Origin: a candidate division WWE3 bacterium
GTDB taxonomy: Bacteria > Patescibacteriota > 4484-211 > GCA-002791395
Direction of reading: 5' to 3'
Assembly: GCA_013335095.1 (NCBI GenBank)
Contig: JAAXWF010000003.1
Coordinates: 69,960-133,959 of the forward strand
DNA length: 64,000 nt
Shown here piece by piece: positions 29,463 to 40,208 of this stretch. The translations under genes and the position numbers were made by a program. The number at the start of each line of letters is the position of its first letter. Position 1 is the stretch's first letter. The notes under the pieces are model-generated. The model saw nothing but the letters and a program-made list of their open reading frames with translations. It had not been told where the DNA came from and did no database searches.

Positions 29463-29496
29463 GGGACTGACTGTGAATAACAGTCGGTCCCTTTTT
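29463..29496 (+). terminator. Intrinsic terminator
   Basis: gggactgactgt...acagtcggtccc-ttttt. Confidence 0.8.
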
Positions 29497-29537
29497 ATAC
29501 TCCCGGTAAAGTTATTCGGTGGTAAAATAAACGAGAA

Positions 29538-30569
29538 ATGGACAAGTTTTTTGGGATCTTATTACTTTCTTCATCATTTACCGCATTACTCATGGTTCCC
29601 TTTATCAATTTATTGTATTTTCTAAAGTTTCGTACGCCTCAGGTTGAAAGCGTTGATTCACTTGGGCGCAAAACCCCGTTTAATAAATTAATGGGAAACA
29701 AGGTCGGGACGCCGACCGGTGGGGGAGTCCTTTTGATAACTTCTACATTTTTATTCACCTTAATCTTTTATGGATTAACCCAATTTTCACTAAACTGGAC
29801 GGCATGGATTCTGTTTGCCACATTGTTTTTATTTGGAATGCTTGGGCTCTACGACGACTGGTTAAAGTTTTTTGGTGTTAAAGAAAAGAAAGCATGGTTA
29901 TTCGATTTTAAATATAAGTTATTTGTACAGATTTTATTTGGAATAATCGTTTCTTCACTTTTGTATTACAAAATGGGATTACATTTAATTTCAATACCTG
30001 TAATTACCGCACTGACGAGTTTTCGTTTAGAGCTCGGGTGGTGGTTTATTCCAATTGCCGCATTCATAATTATTTCTACGAGCAATGCGTTTAATATTGC
30101 CGACGGACTAGACGGCTTATCAGCTGGCCTTTTAGTTATTGCTCTCAGTGCTTTTTGGGCTCTCACTGGTTATTCTTCGTATGGTGGGGATGTCAGTTTA
30201 TTTATTGCAACTATAATTGGAGCGTTATTAGTATATCTTTATTTCAATATTTTTCCTGCGCGTATTTTTTATGGAGATACAGCCGCGTTAGCATTTGGAG
30301 CGGTGCTCGCGGTAATTGCATTGATACTCGATCAAGCGCTAGTCTTACCAATTATCGGAGGTATGTTCGTTGTCGAAGGTGCGTCGAGCTTAATTCAGAT
30401 GTTATCGTTTAAGTTTCGAAACGGTAAACGTGTCTTTAAGATCGCCCCATTGCATCATCATTTTCAAGTAATCGGATGGGAAGAGACAAAAGTGACGATG
30501 AGGTTCTGGTTATTCGGTATTGTATTGGCATTCGCCGGACTCTTTTTAGCTACGTTTGGACTTGGTTAA
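29538..30569 (+). CDS. mraY: Phospho-N-acetylmuramoyl-pentapeptide transferase
   Basis: KVGTPTGGG, GLYDD, NAFNIADGLDGL, PARIFYGDT, APLHHHF, WEETKV..RFW. Confidence 0.96.
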   Translation: MDKFFGILLLSSSFTALLMVPFINLLYFLKFRTPQVESVDSLGRKTPFNKLMGNKVGTPTGGGVLLITSTFLFTLIFYGLTQFSLNWTAWILFATLFLFGMLGLYDDWLKFFGVKEKKAWLFDFKYKLFVQILFGIIVSSLLYYKMGLHLISIPVITALTSFRLELGWWFIPIAAFIIISTSNAFNIADGLDGLSAGLLVIALSAFWALTGYSSYGGDVSLFIATIIGALLVYLYFNIFPARIFYGDTAALAFGAVLAVIALILDQALVLPIIGGMFVVEGASSLIQMLSFKFRNGKRVFKIAPLHHHFQVIGWEETKVTMRFWLFGIVLAFAGLFLATFGLG

Positions 30570-30646
30570 ATATTTCATGATCAATCTAATACTGCCCCAA
30601 TATGTTTTATCCATGAATCGATTAGTATTATGCTTAGGAGGATACT

Positions 30647-31849
30647 GTGCCGATTAAGAATAAAAAGAAACCCGCCAGTGTTGCTCGAACAAAAAGTAGG
30701 CTAAGGCTAAACTATGACGATGTTCCTGTTATTGATTATGTGTTGGCAGGTGTGATTGTTTTATTGACATTATTTGGTGTCGTGATGGTCTATAATACCA
30801 GCATAATTTTAGCGTTTGAACAATTTGGTGATAAATATTGGTTTTTAAAAAACCAAGCTATGTGGGCTATTCTTGGTTTAACCGGTGGTTTATTTACCAG
30901 CATGATAGATTATCGCGTTTGGCGTAAATTCGCTTTTCCTTTGGTTGTTATTACGATTGTTATGTTGATATTGGTTTTAGTGCCGGGGCTTTCAAATGAA
31001 GTCTATGGAGCAAAGCAACGATTGATTATTCCAGGAGGGCTACCATTTTTGAAACATATTTTTATTCAGCCCTCAGAAGTGGCAAAACTGACCCTAATAA
31101 TGTATTTGGGAAGTCTACTTGCAAAATATAATGAGCAAAAAAAACACGAATTCCCTCATGCCCAGTTTTGGATAATTACATCGATTATTCTAGGTTTAAC
31201 AGCTATCGAGCCCGATTTAGGTAATGCAATTTTAATAATGGGAGGAGCATTCGCCGTATATTTTGTGTCCGGGGCTCCGCTTCTGTATATTCTTAGTTTA
31301 GTTGCTGTGGGAGGGCTTGCCGCACTGGGTTATGCCTTTTCAAGCGAATATCGTCGTCAGCGCCTCTTTACGTTTCTTGATCCCAACAACGATCCTCAGG
31401 GTGTGTCATACCATGTTACCCAGATATTAATAGCGCTTGGTTCAGGTGGTTTCTTTGGATTGGGTCTAGGGAATTCGAGACAAAAGCATCAATATATCCC
31501 AGAAGTGCCAACAGATTCGATTTTTGCCATAATCGGTGAAGAACTTGGCTTTGTCGGAGCCTGTCTTGTTATTTCTGCATTGATCTTTATTATTTGGCGG
31601 GGGATTAAAATTGCATTCGCATGCGAGGATACTTTTGGTAGATTGCTTGCCATCGGTATTATTACAAATATTGCACTACAAACTGTAGTTAACTTAGGCG
31701 GAATGGTCGGAATTATGCCGCTTACGGGCGTTCCATTGCCGTTTATTAGTTATGGCGGATCTTCGTTAACCTTAATGTTGGTCTCAATCGGAATCCTGCT
31801 CAATATTTCAAAATCAACAACGGTACGTTCGGTAAAAAGTCAAAAGTAA
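30647..31849 (+). CDS. ftsW: SEDS peptidoglycan polymerase FtsW
   Basis: GAKQR, IQPSEVAK, EPDLG, GSGG.FG.G.G.S.QK, PE..TDSIFAIIGEELG, PLTGVPLPFISYGGSS. Confidence 0.95.
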   Translation: MPIKNKKKPASVARTKSRLRLNYDDVPVIDYVLAGVIVLLTLFGVVMVYNTSIILAFEQFGDKYWFLKNQAMWAILGLTGGLFTSMIDYRVWRKFAFPLVVITIVMLILVLVPGLSNEVYGAKQRLIIPGGLPFLKHIFIQPSEVAKLTLIMYLGSLLAKYNEQKKHEFPHAQFWIITSIILGLTAIEPDLGNAILIMGGAFAVYFVSGAPLLYILSLVAVGGLAALGYAFSSEYRRQRLFTFLDPNNDPQGVSYHVTQILIALGSGGFFGLGLGNSRQKHQYIPEVPTDSIFAIIGEELGFVGACLVISALIFIIWRGIKIAFACEDTFGRLLAIGIITNIALQTVVNLGGMVGIMPLTGVPLPFISYGGSSLTLMLVSIGILLNISKSTTVRSVKSQK

Positions 31850-31908
31850 TTCAACAATAACACACGTTTTTTCCAGTGATTGGCATCCTACTGTGGTATA
31901 AAAGTAGG

Positions 31909-33042
31909 ATGGATTCATTGTTACCAACGATTGCTTTTACTGGAGGACATCACAATTCAGCCTTATCTGTTGCTGTTGAGGTTGAAAAAAGAAAGCTCGC
32001 AAAAGTTATCTGGTTTGGACATAAGTTTACGATGCTCGGGGATACAAAACCGTCTGCTGAGTTTACCGAAGTTACTAAAAATAATATTCCTTTTTATGAT
32101 ATTAAAGCGGGTAAAGTTTATAAGACATTTAATTTAATCCATTGGTTACGCTTACCATTTGGTTTTTTTCAATCCTACTGGTATCTGATGCGGGTTCGTC
32201 CCGCACTGGTGGTGAGCTTTGGAGGCTATTTAGCAGCTCCAGTTGTTTTGGCTGCTTGGTTACAAGGTATTCCATCGGTTACCCATGAACAGACCTCAGT
32301 CGTTGGTTTATCTAATCGATTCATTTCTCTATTTGTTAAAAAGATATTTATCACTTGGCCGCAGTCAAAGCAGTATTTTGATAGCGAGAAGACTGTGGTA
32401 ACTGGGTTACCCTTGCGCGAAAATATTTTTACTACACAGACTAGCGAAAAACTATTCAACAACTCTCTTCCGGTAATTTATGTAACCGGCGGTAAACAAG
32501 GAAGTCACGTCATTAATATGGCAATTCGTGATGTCTTACCTCGACTGTTAGAATTTGCGAATGTTATTCACCAGTCGGGAGCGACTACCGTCACTAATGA
32601 CTTTGAAGCATTAGCTGAGATTCGAAAACGACTTCCTGATAATCTACGTGATCGATATCTGTTGTTTCCATATATTTACCAGGATCAAATAGGTAATATC
32701 TTTTCACAAACTGATTTGATTATTGCTCGGGCAGGTGCTCATACCGTGTATGAAGTCGCCGCATTGGGAATGCCCGCGTTGTTTATTCCAATCCCTTGGG
32801 TTTCTCATAATGAGCAATATAAAAATGCGCGTATGCTCGTAAATAAAGGGTCGGCAATAATTGTGCCTGAAGATAGTCTAACGCCTCAGTCTCTTTTACA
32901 AGAGATAAAGCGTATGCTCGATCAAAAGGAACATTATCAAGAACACGCACACGAAGCAAAAACAAGTGTAATATTTAATGCAAAGGAGCGAATGGTTGAT
33001 GAATTGGCTGCCCTACTTTCAACAGAAACGAAAAAATATTAA
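31909..33042 (+). CDS. murG: Lipid I GlcNAc transferase MurG
   Basis: TGGH, FGGY, HEQ...GLSN, TGLPLR, TGGKQGS, RAGA.TV.E, EQ..NA. Confidence 0.93.
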   Translation: MDSLLPTIAFTGGHHNSALSVAVEVEKRKLAKVIWFGHKFTMLGDTKPSAEFTEVTKNNIPFYDIKAGKVYKTFNLIHWLRLPFGFFQSYWYLMRVRPALVVSFGGYLAAPVVLAAWLQGIPSVTHEQTSVVGLSNRFISLFVKKIFITWPQSKQYFDSEKTVVTGLPLRENIFTTQTSEKLFNNSLPVIYVTGGKQGSHVINMAIRDVLPRLLEFANVIHQSGATTVTNDFEALAEIRKRLPDNLRDRYLLFPYIYQDQIGNIFSQTDLIIARAGAHTVYEVAALGMPALFIPIPWVSHNEQYKNARMLVNKGSAIIVPEDSLTPQSLLQEIKRMLDQKEHYQEHAHEAKTSVIFNAKERMVDELAALLSTETKKY

Positions 33043-33838
33043 AAAACGCCGAACTAATTCGGATCAAACTTATGCATGGTGGCGATCAAAATCCTTTAGT
33101 GGCGGAATCGTAACTGGCATTTTACTTATTAGTTTATTTGTACTGATAAAATCTGAAGTGTTATTGGTTAAACGTATTGATGTTAATATAACAAACTCTC
33201 GTTTTATTAAAAATCAGGATATAAATATTTATTTGGCCCCGTATATTCGAGAATCAATTTTTTCAATTCGCACTCACCAGATCGAACTCGATTTATTAAA
33301 AAAGTTTCCTCAATTACAAACTATAAACGTGACAAAAGTACTACCCGATACTATTCAAGTGACCGGTAAAGAATATGATATCGACGTTGTATTGAAAGTC
33401 GGGGATGTGCCCTATGTTGTTTCTCCTCAGGGGTATATTTTTGGCCAATTGCAACCAGACGAGATTGCAAATGTTGCAATTATTGAATTTAAGCAACTCG
33501 ATTTATTTAAAGATACTCAACAAATTGTGGGGCAATCAGTGCCTCAATCCACCCAAGATGATATTCAACAGATTCTTTCATATGATTGGTCTGCGCTTCA
33601 AATCAAGGTGAAAAGCATTTTTGTTTTTAATCAATATTACGAGTTGATTTGTAACTCACGTTTGGGCAATAATGGAGGCTCGGGGGAATCATCATTTGTG
33701 CTGCGGATTGGAGTAAAGAACTCTGTTACAGAGCTTTTTAAGCGTATGGAAGTAATCTTATCCTCAGCCGAAAAAGATAATCGTCGATTAGAACTTTTAG
33801 ATTTACGATTCCAAGCCCCTGTGGTAAGATTTAAATAG
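32999..33838 (+). CDS. ftsQ: FtsQ/DivIB-like POTRA protein
   Basis: TM, POTRA-like segment (V.K.LPDTI.V...E), C-terminal DLRF; directly upstream of ftsA. Confidence 0.75.
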   Translation: MNWLPYFQQKRKNIKKRRTNSDQTYAWWRSKSFSGGIVTGILLISLFVLIKSEVLLVKRIDVNITNSRFIKNQDINIYLAPYIRESIFSIRTHQIELDLLKKFPQLQTINVTKVLPDTIQVTGKEYDIDVVLKVGDVPYVVSPQGYIFGQLQPDEIANVAIIEFKQLDLFKDTQQIVGQSVPQSTQDDIQQILSYDWSALQIKVKSIFVFNQYYELICNSRLGNNGGSGESSFVLRIGVKNSVTELFKRMEVILSSAEKDNRRLELLDLRFQAPVVRFK

Positions 33839-33844
33839 CGAAAC

Positions 33845-35149
33845 ATGGCTAAAGAACAAATAATTTCCGCTATTGACGTAGGCTCGTCGAAGATCGTTTG
33901 CCTGATCGCTGAGATCCTTGAAGACAAGATCCAGATTATTGGCGTATCGACCCTCCCATCACGCGGCATAAAAAAAGGCGTTGTTGTAGATATTGATGAA
34001 GCTGTTGAGGTGCTCTCAGAAGGCATGGAAGCCGCTGAGCGCATGGCAGGTGTTTCAGTATCACGGGTGTGGGTAACGGTTAACGGGAGTCATATCTCTT
34101 CAGTTAATTCACAAGGTGTTGTGGCTGTCTCGGCACCTGATGGAGAGATTTCTGTATCCGATGTGAATCGTGTGACCGAGGCTGCTCGGGCTATTTCTAT
34201 GCCATCCTCACGCGAAATCATTCATGTGATACCACGTACCTTTATTGTCGATTCTCAGGAGGGGATTGATGATCCGGTAGGGATGAGCGGGGTACGTTTA
34301 CAAGTTGAAACACATATTGTTTCTGGTGCAACAACAAGTATGCGCAACTTGGTAAAGTGTATTCAACAGGTTGGTCTCGATGCAGAAAATTTAACCTTTA
34401 CTGGACTCGCTGCTTCGGAAAGCGTATTGTCAGAGACAGAAAAAGAATTAGGTGTTGTCGTTGCTGATATCGGTGGCGGAACGAGCAATATTTGTATATT
34501 TGTTGACGGCTCACCTGTTTACAGTAGTGTGTTAAAACTCGGCGGTAAAAATATTACCTCTGATATTGCGATCGGACTTCGTGTTTCTCTTGAAGAAGCC
34601 GAAGAGATTAAAAAGTACATGGGTGTGTATGAGGCAAAACTTGCACAAAAATCAAAAGCTGGCGGCGAGCGATCTTATTTTAGCGGAGCAACAACAAATA
34701 AAGATGACGAAGATATTGATATCTCATCGCTAGGATTACCGAATATTCAAAAAGTAAATCGAAAGTTTCTTATCGAAGGTATTATTCAACCCAGACTAGA
34801 AGAGATCGCTGATGAGATTCAACAAGAGATTAAAAAGAGTGGGTATGAAGGATTGATGCCTGCTGGTGTTGTTGTTGCAGGAGGCACTGCATTAACCGTT
34901 AGCTTGAAGGATACTTTTAGCATTGTGTTAAATCTTCCTGTCCGAATTGCTGAACCAACAGGTGTATCCGGATTAATTGATGAAGTGAATGGACCTGCGT
35001 TTGCTGCGAGTATCGGAGGTATTATTTATGCAGCAAAAAATAGCGTTGGCGGGGTAAGATCAATGGTTCCGAAATTTAAATTACCACTTGGAAGTGTCAA
35101 ATCCGCATTTGATCGGGTTGTACATATTTTTAAAGGATTCATGCCCTAA
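33845..35149 (+). CDS. ftsA: Cell division protein FtsA
   Basis: IDVGSSK, GIKKGVVVDI, PVGMSGVRL, DIGGGT, GG..IT.DI. Confidence 0.97.
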   Translation: MAKEQIISAIDVGSSKIVCLIAEILEDKIQIIGVSTLPSRGIKKGVVVDIDEAVEVLSEGMEAAERMAGVSVSRVWVTVNGSHISSVNSQGVVAVSAPDGEISVSDVNRVTEAARAISMPSSREIIHVIPRTFIVDSQEGIDDPVGMSGVRLQVETHIVSGATTSMRNLVKCIQQVGLDAENLTFTGLAASESVLSETEKELGVVVADIGGGTSNICIFVDGSPVYSSVLKLGGKNITSDIAIGLRVSLEEAEEIKKYMGVYEAKLAQKSKAGGERSYFSGATTNKDDEDIDISSLGLPNIQKVNRKFLIEGIIQPRLEEIADEIQQEIKKSGYEGLMPAGVVVAGGTALTVSLKDTFSIVLNLPVRIAEPTGVSGLIDEVNGPAFAASIGGIIYAAKNSVGGVRSMVPKFKLPLGSVKSAFDRVVHIFKGFMP

Positions 35150-35244
35150 GGCTTTATGAAAATCAGCGTGATGGTAAACTACTACCATTTGAAAATCATG
35201 TGTTATCATTGTCATCACAACTTACGAAAGGAGTTTTACGATAA

Positions 35245-36351
35245 ATGTTAATAAAACCAGAAGTCGAAAAATTTGCCAAAATAAAAGTCATCGGTGTTGG
35301 CGGAGGCGGCTCTAACGCTATTGCTACCATGATGGAAGAACAAAATATTCAAGGTGTAGATTTTATTGCGGTTAATACCGATGCTCAGCACCTCACCAGT
35401 TCTCCAGCGCCAATAAAAATTCAGATCGGTAAGGAATTAACTAAAGGTCTTGGTGCTGGTGGGAATCCCGAAATCGGGCGTCGTTCGGCTGAAGAGAATG
35501 CCGAATTAATTCATCAACATTTAGATGGTACTGATATGGTGTTTATTACCGCTGGCATGGGAGGCGGAACCGGATCGGGGGCCGCACCATTTATTGCTGA
35601 AGTTGCTAAAAAATTAGGGGCATTAACAGTTGGAGTTGTTACTAAACCATTTTCATTTGAAGGTTCACGTCGAATGATGAATGCAGAAGGATCTTTGAAT
35701 GAGTTGAAAGAACGCGTTGATGCGTTAATTACAATTCCAAATCAGCGTCTACTTGAAATTATAGAACCGGACCGACCGCTCCTTGATGCGTTTAAAGTAG
35801 CAGATTCGGTACTAGGACAATCAGTTCAAGGTATCTCAGACATTATCGTTCTTCCTGGTTTGATCAACCGAGATTTTGCTGATGTAAAAAGTATTATGGC
35901 GGATGCCGGAAGTGCGTTAATGGGCATTGGTTTCGGATCTGGTGAAGATCGAGCGGTTAAGGCGGCCAAAGAAGCCATTGAGAGTCCGCTTCTAGAAAGT
36001 TCAATCGAAGGCGCTAAAGGAATACTGTTTAATGTTATCGGTGATCACTCGCTAACTTTGGCCGAGGTTAACCAGGCTGCTGATGTTATTAGTAGTGCGG
36101 CTGATCCAGATGCCAATATAATCTTTGGTGCAGCAATTAATGAAGAACTAAAAGATCGGATTAAGATAACCGTAATCGCGACTGGATTTGATGAAAATCG
36201 TCAAAAACTTAAGCGTGGTATTACTTCCCAAGTAACTTCTCATGATACTCCGTCGTATTCTGAAGATTTTACGTATTCAAATAATCAAAACAATTCACAT
36301 GAAGATAAAGAAGAAGAATACGAAACCCCGGCATTTTTACGCCGAAGATAA
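35245..36351 (+). CDS. ftsZ: Cell division protein FtsZ
   Basis: VIGVGGGG, NTDAQ, GLGAG, AGMGGGTGSG, N.DFAD, C-terminal TPAFLRR. Confidence 0.98.
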   Translation: MLIKPEVEKFAKIKVIGVGGGGSNAIATMMEEQNIQGVDFIAVNTDAQHLTSSPAPIKIQIGKELTKGLGAGGNPEIGRRSAEENAELIHQHLDGTDMVFITAGMGGGTGSGAAPFIAEVAKKLGALTVGVVTKPFSFEGSRRMMNAEGSLNELKERVDALITIPNQRLLEIIEPDRPLLDAFKVADSVLGQSVQGISDIIVLPGLINRDFADVKSIMADAGSALMGIGFGSGEDRAVKAAKEAIESPLLESSIEGAKGILFNVIGDHSLTLAEVNQAADVISSAADPDANIIFGAAINEELKDRIKITVIATGFDENRQKLKRGITSQVTSHDTPSYSEDFTYSNNQNNSHEDKEEEYETPAFLRRR

Positions 36352-36352
36352 A

Positions 36353-36892
36353 TTATCCTTGATGTAGCCAGATTTGATCAGCATACCCCTCGAGCAAATT
36401 GATTTTTCTTGCTAATACAAACAATGCGTCCGAGAGGCGGTTAATGAATTTTAACTGTGTCGGGTTTAATTTATTAACATGATGAAGGGCTACCATATGG
36501 CGTTCGGCTGAACGGCATTGAGTTCGGGCTAGATGGCAGAAAGCCGCGGCTTTACTACCTCCAGGAATAATGAAATTGTGTAATGGAGGGAGTTTTTGTT
36601 CGTAATAATCAATCATTTTTTCAAGATTTTCGACTAATGATTCTGGGAAGGGTAAGTTTGCTCCAGCGATATTACTGCCAAGTGTAAATAGAATTTGCTG
36701 AATATTAAATAAAAGCTGGTTGATTTCATATGAGTGGGGGATGTCGACCAAGTGAGCACGCGTTATACCGATGACGACATTCAATTCGTCTATGGCACCG
36801 ATTAGTTGTGCTTTCCGATCATCCTTATTGATTCGCTCTCCGGTCGCCAGTGAGGTTCTTCCATTGTCTCCTTTTTTAGTATACAGCGACAT
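36353..36892 (-). CDS. PduO-type cob(I)alamin adenosyltransferase
   Basis: LYTKKGDNG.T, G.IDELN, FIIPGG, ARTQCR.AER, INRLSD.LF..AR. Confidence 0.93.
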   Translation of the reverse strand: MSLYTKKGDNGRTSLATGERINKDDRKAQLIGAIDELNVVIGITRAHLVDIPHSYEINQLLFNIQQILFTLGSNIAGANLPFPESLVENLEKMIDYYEQKLPPLHNFIIPGGSKAAAFCHLARTQCRSAERHMVALHHVNKLNPTQLKFINRLSDALFVLARKINLLEGYADQIWLHQG

Positions 36893-37057
36893 GTCGGCAT
36901 TATAACATGAATCAAGTGGCTTGAGCCTGATGCTAAAGGTAAATACTCTAGATTGGATACAGAAAGCCTAACCGTAATGTAGAAGTTTTTTATTAATGAT
37001 AAGAAGCAAAACACATCGTTGACATCAATGTCACACCGATTAAGATAGAGGGACATT

Positions 37058-39571
37058 ATGAGTTATTTAGATGAGTTCGATAAATTAGTAAAAGAGATTG
37101 TTAATGAGGATGCGTTGGAATTAAATAACACCTTTTCAGAGTTACCTGCTCGTATCTCCGAAATTGAATTATCCGAAAATGCTCGCGAGATTTTTAACCG
37201 TCGTTACCGTCGACGAGATCGTGAAGGTAATTATATGGAATCCATCGAAGAGGCGTTTCAACGTGTCGCCTCGCATGTTGCTGCCGGAGAAGATTCACCT
37301 GAAGCAAAAAATTATTATTCAACTATTTTTTATAATATCCTTGCTTCATTAGATTTTATTCCAAATTCACCAACCTGGACCGGAGCGGGGACTCCTCTTG
37401 GACAACTCGCGGCTTGCTTTGTGTTACCCATTGCCGATGACATGGGAAACGATCCTGATGGTATTTTTTCTACGTTACGTAATGCCGCATTAGTACAAAA
37501 AACTGGTGGCGGAAATGGATTTTCATTTTCTTCCCTGCGACCAAAAGGTGATGTGGTAAAGACCAGTATGGGACAAGCAACTGGACCGGTCGGATTTCTT
37601 GAAGTGTATGACGGTGCGTTTGGGGAGATTGCTCAAGGTGGGGTACGACGCGGAGCTAACATGGCTGTGCTTCGGGTTGATCATCCGGATATCCGTGAGT
37701 TTATTCAGTGCAAAGCTCAGGAAGGTAAAATCCAAAACTTTAATATTTCTGTTGCGATTACTGATGAATTCATGACCGCGGTTAAAAATGATACTGAATT
37801 TTCATTGCGCAATCCACGAAATGGGGAAGTCTGGGAGAACGTTCGTGCTCGTGAGTTATTCGATATGATCGTTGAATTTGCTCATCGCAATGGTGAGCCA
37901 GGTGTATTGTTTATTGACGAAGCGAATCGTTATAACCCCGTACCGAATCAGTATTCGCTTGAAGCAACTAATCCATGTGGCGAACAATGGCTAGGGCCAT
38001 ATGAAAATTGCTGTTTGGGTCATGTCAATTTATCAAATCACTTTCATGATGGAAATCTTGATTGGGATCGATTAGCTCAGACGGTCGAATGGTCGACACG
38101 TTTCTTGGATGATGTCGTCACCGTAAATGCATACGTGGATGCTGTTCCTCAACTTAAAGAAGCCGCGTACAAGAATCGCCGTATTGGCCTAGGATATACT
38201 GGTTTGGCTGATCTTATGTACAAAATGGATATCGCGTATGGAAGTGATGAAGGCGCAGAATTTGCCGCTCAAATTACTGAATTTGTCCGCTATCATTCAA
38301 TGCTCGCCAGCATCTCTTTAGCAAAAGAACGTGGGGCATTTCCTGGAATCTCAGGTAGCATCTATGATTTTGGTTCCATGACTTGGAAATCACCGGTGCC
38401 ATTTCGGGCATACTCGCGAGACTGGATGCGTCCCGAAGTAGACTGGACATTTGTTGTTGACGGTATTCGTGAATTTGGTATCCGCAATTCGACACAAATG
38501 ACCGTTGCACCGACTGGTACTGTTTCGACGATTGCCGGACTAGAAGGCTATGGTTGTGAACCGGTGTTTGCTCTGGCCTATTATCGAAACGTGTATCAAG
38601 CGGCTGGGCAAGATCAACGCTTAACCTTGAAATACATTAGTCCATTAATTAACCAACGATTAGATCAGCTCGATCTTACCCCTGAGCAAAAAGATCGGAT
38701 TATTGATGAAATTATTGAGAGGGGATCAGTGAGTGGTGTAGATGAGCTGCCAAAAAATATACGTGGAGTATTTAAAGTATCTGCTGATATTACTCCTGAA
38801 GAGCATGTATTAATGCAAGCAAGCATTCAGGCTTTTATTGATAATTCGATTTCAAAAACATGTAATTTCCCTGAATCAGCAACCAAAGAAGATGTTTACA
38901 AAGCATATTTTCAAGCTTGGGAAAGTAAGTGTAAAGGACTTACCGTTTATCGAACAGGTTCACGTATGGAAGTAGTGCTCGAAACTAAAGAAACTAAAGA
39001 TAAAAAGCAACAGGCAGAAACTCATCCAGTCGGATTTGTTGTTAGACCAAGACCAAGCGTATTGATGGGAGAAACTCGTAAATTAAACACACCTCTAGGA
39101 AACATGTATATGACAGTGAACCGGAATGATGATGGTGATTACCATGAGATTTTTATTAATCTAGGAAAAGCAGGTTCGGATATTCGGGCTGATGCCGAAG
39201 CTATGGGCAGACTTATTTCATTAATCTTCAGACTTGGGTCAGCGAATAATCAACAGAGAATGGCTGCCGTTATAGAAGAGCTTGAAGGAATCAGTAGCGG
39301 TATGTCTTCAGGGTTTGGGGAAGCTCGGATTCTTTCGATTCCCGATGCAATCGCCCTCGCTTTAAAACAGATCGATAATCCGGCCAATAGTGCAACTCAA
39401 ACAGAGATGCCGCTGTTTCCCGTAGCCGATAATGAGCCTCAAAAAACTTCTTCGCCAAAACAAAATAAAGAAATGTGCCCGTTTTGTGGTAATTATTCGG
39501 TGATTATGGTCGAAGGTTGTAAAAAATGTTCTGTTCAATTAGGCGGTTGCGGTGGATTTTCTGCGTGCTAA
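37058..39571 (+). CDS. nrdJ: Class II (adenosylcobalamin-dependent) ribonucleotide reductase with TSCPD/Zn-ribbon C-terminus
   Basis: [62 protein letters not shown]...EGC..C. Confidence 0.95.
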   Translation: MSYLDEFDKLVKEIVNEDALELNNTFSELPARISEIELSENAREIFNRRYRRRDREGNYMESIEEAFQRVASHVAAGEDSPEAKNYYSTIFYNILASLDFIPNSPTWTGAGTPLGQLAACFVLPIADDMGNDPDGIFSTLRNAALVQKTGGGNGFSFSSLRPKGDVVKTSMGQATGPVGFLEVYDGAFGEIAQGGVRRGANMAVLRVDHPDIREFIQCKAQEGKIQNFNISVAITDEFMTAVKNDTEFSLRNPRNGEVWENVRARELFDMIVEFAHRNGEPGVLFIDEANRYNPVPNQYSLEATNPCGEQWLGPYENCCLGHVNLSNHFHDGNLDWDRLAQTVEWSTRFLDDVVTVNAYVDAVPQLKEAAYKNRRIGLGYTGLADLMYKMDIAYGSDEGAEFAAQITEFVRYHSMLASISLAKERGAFPGISGSIYDFGSMTWKSPVPFRAYSRDWMRPEVDWTFVVDGIREFGIRNSTQMTVAPTGTVSTIAGLEGYGCEPVFALAYYRNVYQAAGQDQRLTLKYISPLINQRLDQLDLTPEQKDRIIDEIIERGSVSGVDELPKNIRGVFKVSADITPEEHVLMQASIQAFIDNSISKTCNFPESATKEDVYKAYFQAWESKCKGLTVYRTGSRMEVVLETKETKDKKQQAETHPVGFVVRPRPSVLMGETRKLNTPLGNMYMTVNRNDDGDYHEIFINLGKAGSDIRADAEAMGRLISLIFRLGSANNQQRMAAVIEELEGISSGMSSGFGEARILSIPDAIALALKQIDNPANSATQTEMPLFPVADNEPQKTSSPKQNKEMCPFCGNYSVIMVEGCKKCSVQLGGCGGFSAC

Positions 39572-39632
39572 TTCATAATTTTTTATTATTGCCGTAAATG
39601 AGTACTATTCATTATAGTATTAGCATCTCGTT

Positions 39633-40208
39633 ATGAAATTAAACTATCGAACTGCAGCAATCTTCGGCGTATTTCTCGTAAGCATATTAATACTAAGTAT
39701 TGGAATATTATTGAAACTAACGCCACAAGATAAGGCGACTCTAAATACTGTCAACATCACCACATTTACTCGTACATATGATGCATATACAAAGCCTAAT
39801 TTAGATTTAGTTTCGATCACACCGACCCCATTACCTGGTGGAAAACCGTGGTGGCTTCAATCATCTGATCAACCTATTAATGACACTGTTGCATTTGGTC
39901 GTAATCTAGGAACAATGATTTTTGATATTCGTTCAAAAAGCGATTTCGATGCAGATCATCTATCCGGGGCGTTTAGTTTACCTTTTGATGTTATTGTTTC
40001 GGGTACATATTCTATTCCATTATCTGCCGAAGTTATCATGTACGGTGACCGAATCACTTCGGATCAAAAGAATATAATTTCAGAGGCACTATTTTCGAAA
40101 GGGATACGCTCTGCTCAAATAATTGATTCATCGTATTCGGAATTAACCAGCATATTACCCCATGAACCTACAAAAGAAACATTTAAAGAAGATGATACAC
40201 ATGAATAA
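39633..40208 (+). CDS. Membrane-anchored rhodanese-like protein
   Basis: N-terminal TM; FDIRS..DF...HLSGA.SLP; no catalytic Cys seen. Confidence 0.65.
   Translation: MKLNYRTAAIFGVFLVSILILSIGILLKLTPQDKATLNTVNITTFTRTYDAYTKPNLDLVSITPTPLPGGKPWWLQSSDQPINDTVAFGRNLGTMIFDIRSKSDFDADHLSGAFSLPFDVIVSGTYSIPLSAEVIMYGDRITSDQKNIISEALFSKGIRSAQIIDSSYSELTSILPHEPTKETFKEDDTHE

Noticed and set aside
36943-36985. Tandem NrdR boxes upstream of nrdJ
   Set aside because: One partial match (ACTCTAGATTG) only; the second box is unconvincing.
37058-39571. Intein or intron in nrdJ
   Set aside because: Core motifs are contiguous, length is normal, and no intein termini were seen.
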